DNA from: Pseudomonadota bacterium
GTDB lineage: Bacteria; Desulfobacterota; Desulfobacteria; Desulfobacterales; RPRI01
NCBI GenBank assembly: GCA_043825875.1
Contig: JBDRRF010000057.1
Coordinates: 24,240 to 88,239, forward strand
Length of the DNA: 64,000 nucleotides
Direction: 5' to 3'
The notes beneath the pieces were generated by a model that worked only from the letters and a program-made list of their open reading frames with translations, made no database searches and was not told the origin of the DNA. Made by a program: the position numbers and the translations under genes. Numbering within the stretch: the first letter of the stretch is position 1; each line of letters starts with the position of its first letter. Of this stretch, positions 60,763 through 64,000 are shown in pieces.

Positions 60763-60841
60763 TTAAAATACGCCGCCTCTTTAACCGGCAAGCAACAAAA
60801 TCAACTAAGCCCTTGAACCATTGATTGTCAGACAATAGCAA

Positions 60842-61072
60842 TTATTCTTTGTCGTCAATATTGCTGTTTTCAACTTTAATATCTTCTTGTTTAAGAACAA
60901 TTTTACCTGCGGCAATTTCCCTAAGCGCTATAACGATATCTTCGTTTTTTGGTGCGCTGACAAGATATTCGGAACCTTCCCGAATCTGCCTGACCCTTTT
61001 TGCAACCATGTTTACAAGTATAAAACGGTTAGGTACTCTTTTCATACAATCTTCAATTGTTATTCTTGCCAA
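60842..61072 (-). CDS. rpoZ: RNA polymerase omega subunit
   Basis: ARITIEDC, NRF, ALREIAAG. Confidence 0.95.
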   Translation of the reverse strand: MARITIEDCMKRVPNRFILVNMVAKRVRQIREGSEYLVSAPKNEDIVIALREIAAGKIVLKQEDIKVENSNIDDKE

Positions 61073-61111
61073 AATCCAACCTCCGTCTGCGACACTCTTT
61101 TATGAATAAAA

Positions 61112-61579
61112 TTATAATATTTCAACCAGTTCATAAAACCTCTTACCACCGGGAGCCTGGAGCACTATCTCTTCACCCGGTTTTTTACCTATAATGGCCA
61201 TTCCAAGAGGAGAAGAAACCGATATTCGTCCTTTTTCAATGTCAGATTCATCGGGACCTACAAGCTGATATTCTATACTTTCACTCGTATCTATATTTTC
61301 AAGAACAACATTGCAACCAAAAACAGCCTTATCTTTCGGCAATGAGTCCGGATCAATTACATCTGCATTTCCAAGTTTATAACTAAGCTCGCCTATCCGG
61401 CATTCAAGAAATGCCTGCCGATCCTTGGCAGCCGCAAACTCGGCATTTTCAGAAAGATCACCGTGTGCTCTTGCTTCCTCAATAGCTTTTATGTTGCCAG
61501 GCCTTTCAACTTTTTTTAAATGTTCTAGTTCTTTTTTAAGAGTTTCATAGCCTCTTGTTGTAATGGGTATTCGTTCCAA
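61112..61579 (-). CDS. greA: Elongation factor GreA
   Basis: ARAHGDLSENAEF, ISVSSPLG. Confidence 0.95.
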   Translation of the reverse strand: MERIPITTRGYETLKKELEHLKKVERPGNIKAIEEARAHGDLSENAEFAAAKDRQAFLECRIGELSYKLGNADVIDPDSLPKDKAVFGCNVVLENIDTSESIEYQLVGPDESDIEKGRISVSSPLGMAIIGKKPGEEIVLQAPGGKRFYELVEIL

Positions 61580-61594
61580 CTTTACACTCCTGTA

Positions 61595-62617
61595 TTATAA
61601 ATACTTATCCGCCAGAATTTCTGCAATCTGAACGGCATTGGTTGCGGCTCCCTTTCGGATGTTATCCGCAACAATCCAAATATTTATCCCGTTTGGTATC
61701 GACTCGTCCTGCCTGATGCGCCCTACCATCGTCAGATCCTGACCGGCTGCATCTATCTGAAGAGGATAAACATTATTCTTGACATCATCAACCAGCTTAA
61801 CCCCTGGGGCTTTTTCAAGCAATGCTTTAACCTCACTGGCAGAAATGAATGCTTTTGTCTCAATATTAACGGACTCGGCATGACTGAAAAAGACAGGCAC
61901 CCTTACAGTTGTAGCTGTTACTCCGATAGTATCGTCTTCCATTATCTTTCTGGTCTCATTTAACATTTTCATTTCTTCTTTGGTATAGCCGTTATCAAGA
62001 AACACATCTATATGAGGAAGACAATTAAAAGCTATTCTGTGCGGATAAACATTTTTCTTATATTCAATACAGTTTATCATGGCCCTTGTCTGATCAAAAA
62101 GCTCATCTATAGCCTTTTTACCGGTACCTGAAACCGCCTGATATGTTGAGACAACAATTCTTTTGATTCCGCATTTTTTCTGTATAGGGTTTAAAGCAAC
62201 GACCATTTGAATTGTAGAACAGTTCGGGTTTGCAATAATCCCCTTCTTTTTATAACCGGCAATGGCATGGGGATTGACTTCCGGAACCACAAGCGGAACA
62301 TCGACATCCATCCGCCATGCACTGGAATTATCAACTACTACACATCCGCTATTTGCAGCAATCGGCGAAAATTTAAGGCTTGTTCCTCCGCCAGCTGAAA
62401 ACAAAGCAATATCCATGCCTTTAAAAGAGTTTTCCGTAAGTTCTTCTACTGGTACTCCATCTCCCTTAAACTGCAATGTTCGCCCAACCGAACGGCTTGA
62501 AGCTAAAAGCTTAATTGACTTTACAGGAAAATTCCTCTCTTCAAGACACTTTAGCATCTGATTGCCGACAGCACCCGTTGCCCCGGCTACTGCAATATTA
62601 AATTTTTTTTCAGACAT
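61595..62617 (-). CDS. asd: Aspartate-semialdehyde dehydrogenase
   Basis: GATGAVG, ANPNCST, DNIRKGAA; start at MSEKK after AAGGA. Confidence 0.96.
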   Translation of the reverse strand: MSEKKFNIAVAGATGAVGNQMLKCLEERNFPVKSIKLLASSRSVGRTLQFKGDGVPVEELTENSFKGMDIALFSAGGGTSLKFSPIAANSGCVVVDNSSAWRMDVDVPLVVPEVNPHAIAGYKKKGIIANPNCSTIQMVVALNPIQKKCGIKRIVVSTYQAVSGTGKKAIDELFDQTRAMINCIEYKKNVYPHRIAFNCLPHIDVFLDNGYTKEEMKMLNETRKIMEDDTIGVTATTVRVPVFFSHAESVNIETKAFISASEVKALLEKAPGVKLVDDVKNNVYPLQIDAAGQDLTMVGRIRQDESIPNGINIWIVADNIRKGAATNAVQIAEILADKYL

Positions 62618-62635
62618 TGTTCTTTCCTTAATCAT

Positions 62636-62713
62636 GGTTCAAGGTTCAACGTTCACGGTTCACAGTTATTGTAAACCACCAATAGCCAACTGTGAACCCG
62701 GAACCGTGAACCC
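62636..62713. repeat. Heptamer-repeat hairpin (GGTTCAM)n...(GTGAACC)n
   Basis: ggttcaa ggttcaa cgttcac ggttcac agtt ... aact gtgaacc cggaacc gtgaacc. Confidence 0.7.
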
Positions 62714-62714
62714 A

Positions 62715-63782
62715 TCAACCTTTTATTATATAACCTTTTATCAGATCGCCGACTCCACTTGTAGTATAACCCATTTTACCGGCAGCTACATCTATTATGT
62801 CATTGCGAAGAACATTTTTAACTGCATTTTCAATCATAACGGCAGCCCGTTCTTCTCCTAATGTCTCAAGCATAACTTGAGCTGCCGAAATTGCTGCTAT
62901 CGGATTTATAATCTGTTTGCCGGTATATTTTGGAGCAGAACCACCTATTGGCTCAAACATTGATACTCCTTCAGGATTAATATTGGCACCTGCGGCTATA
63001 CCCATACCACCCTGAATCATGGCGCCAAGATCGGTAATTATATCTCCAAACATATTGTCTGTAACAATGACATCAAACCATTCCGGATTTTTTACCATCC
63101 ACATACAAATCGCATCAACATTGGCATAATCGGTTTTGATATCAGGATATTCCTTCGCAACCTCATTAAAGGTGCGCTCCCAAAGATCAAAAGCATAGGT
63201 CAAAACATTAGTCTTGCCGCAAAGAGTGAGTTTTTTTTCTTTGTTTCTTTTACGGCAGTACTCAAATGCAAAACGCACACATCGTTCAACACCTTTACGG
63301 GTATTGATCGATTCCTGAATAGCAACTTCATCAGGTGTATCCTTTTTAAGAAAACCGCCTGCTCCTGTGTAAAGTCCCTCGGTATTTTCACGAACAACTA
63401 CAAAATCTATATCTTCCGGACCCTTGTTTTTAACAGGAGTTTCAACTCCTTCATAAAGCCTTACAGGTCTTAAGTTTATATATTGATCACAACGAAATCT
63501 TAAATTTAACAGTATTCCCTTCTCAAGGATTCCGGGTTTAACGCCAGGATGGCCGATTGCGCCAAGATACATAGCGTCATTAGTGAGCAAAGATTCAATA
63601 ACAGTTTCTGTAAGTAGTTCTCCCGTAGCCAGATAATGCTCTCCACCTAAATTATAATTATGATAGGAAAGTTTAAACCCGCACTTTTCGGAAACTGCAT
63701 CCAATACCTTGATCCCTTCGGCAACAACTTCAGGCCCGGTGCCGTCGCCGGGTATAACAGCTATCTTGTATTCCTTTGTCAT
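62715..63782 (-). CDS. leuB: 3-isopropylmalate dehydrogenase
   Basis: [36 protein letters not shown]. Confidence 0.9.
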   Translation of the reverse strand: MTKEYKIAVIPGDGTGPEVVAEGIKVLDAVSEKCGFKLSYHNYNLGGEHYLATGELLTETVIESLLTNDAMYLGAIGHPGVKPGILEKGILLNLRFRCDQYINLRPVRLYEGVETPVKNKGPEDIDFVVVRENTEGLYTGAGGFLKKDTPDEVAIQESINTRKGVERCVRFAFEYCRKRNKEKKLTLCGKTNVLTYAFDLWERTFNEVAKEYPDIKTDYANVDAICMWMVKNPEWFDVIVTDNMFGDIITDLGAMIQGGMGIAAGANINPEGVSMFEPIGGSAPKYTGKQIINPIAAISAAQVMLETLGEERAAVMIENAVKNVLRNDIIDVAAGKMGYTTSGVGDLIKGYIIKG

Positions 63783-63862
63783 CTTTTCACCGCAATAAAT
63801 ATTTTGCTAAAAGCCTAAAAAACCCGGCGTTAGCAATAATTAAATTTTATATTTTCCAAACT

Positions 63863-64000
63863 GAGCCACTTTCAAAACGTTTCAGTTTGGTCAAGCTCAA
63901 GGCGGGAGAAAATTTCAACCACAGGAATACATTGAGTATTTCGAGGATTGAAATTTGAGCCCAACGCAGAGATCGGCCAAAATGGGGCGTTTTGAAACTG
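63863..64000 (+). mobile_element. MITE copy 4, cut by the window end
   Basis: GAGCCACTTTCAAAACG start, near-identical to copy 2; left flank AACT. Confidence 0.85.

Overview
AT-rich chromosomal window from a sulfate-reducing Desulfobacterota (Desulfobacterales-like; inferred from the hmc genes and repeat families). Core genes: the 3' part of an hmc redox operon with USP, response regulator, kinase and Rrf2; two Hsp20s, lon, rlpA, gmhB, recD2; amtB, tkt, tpx, yhbY, lnt, frameshifted prfB, a thiE-thiL fusion, thiD; folE2, rpoZ, greA, asd, leuB. Accessory regions: (i) 16.5-22 kb, nucleotidyltransferase pair, IS and gene debris, an orphan PIN gene, and a sigma-54/enhancer-driven VWA PEP-CTERM gene plus TPR protein; (ii) 22-33.5 kb, co-oriented minus-strand genes including four toxin-antitoxin modules with attC-like sites and GTTRRRY junctions, read as a decaying integron cassette array with no integrase in the window; (iii) 49.4-59.9 kb, four paralogous TonB-dependent receptors alternating with intact and decayed YfiR-family genes, behind a sigma-54 site and with no adjacent sensor. 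Also seen: four copies of a ~142-bp MITE with 4-bp target duplications, short-period repeat hairpins with four-helix-bundle remnants, an unannotated 33-aa Lys-rich ORF, and complementary 5'/3' ends on an hsp20 transcript. No rRNA, tRNA or CRISPR array was recognised. Family calls come from motif recognition, not database searches.
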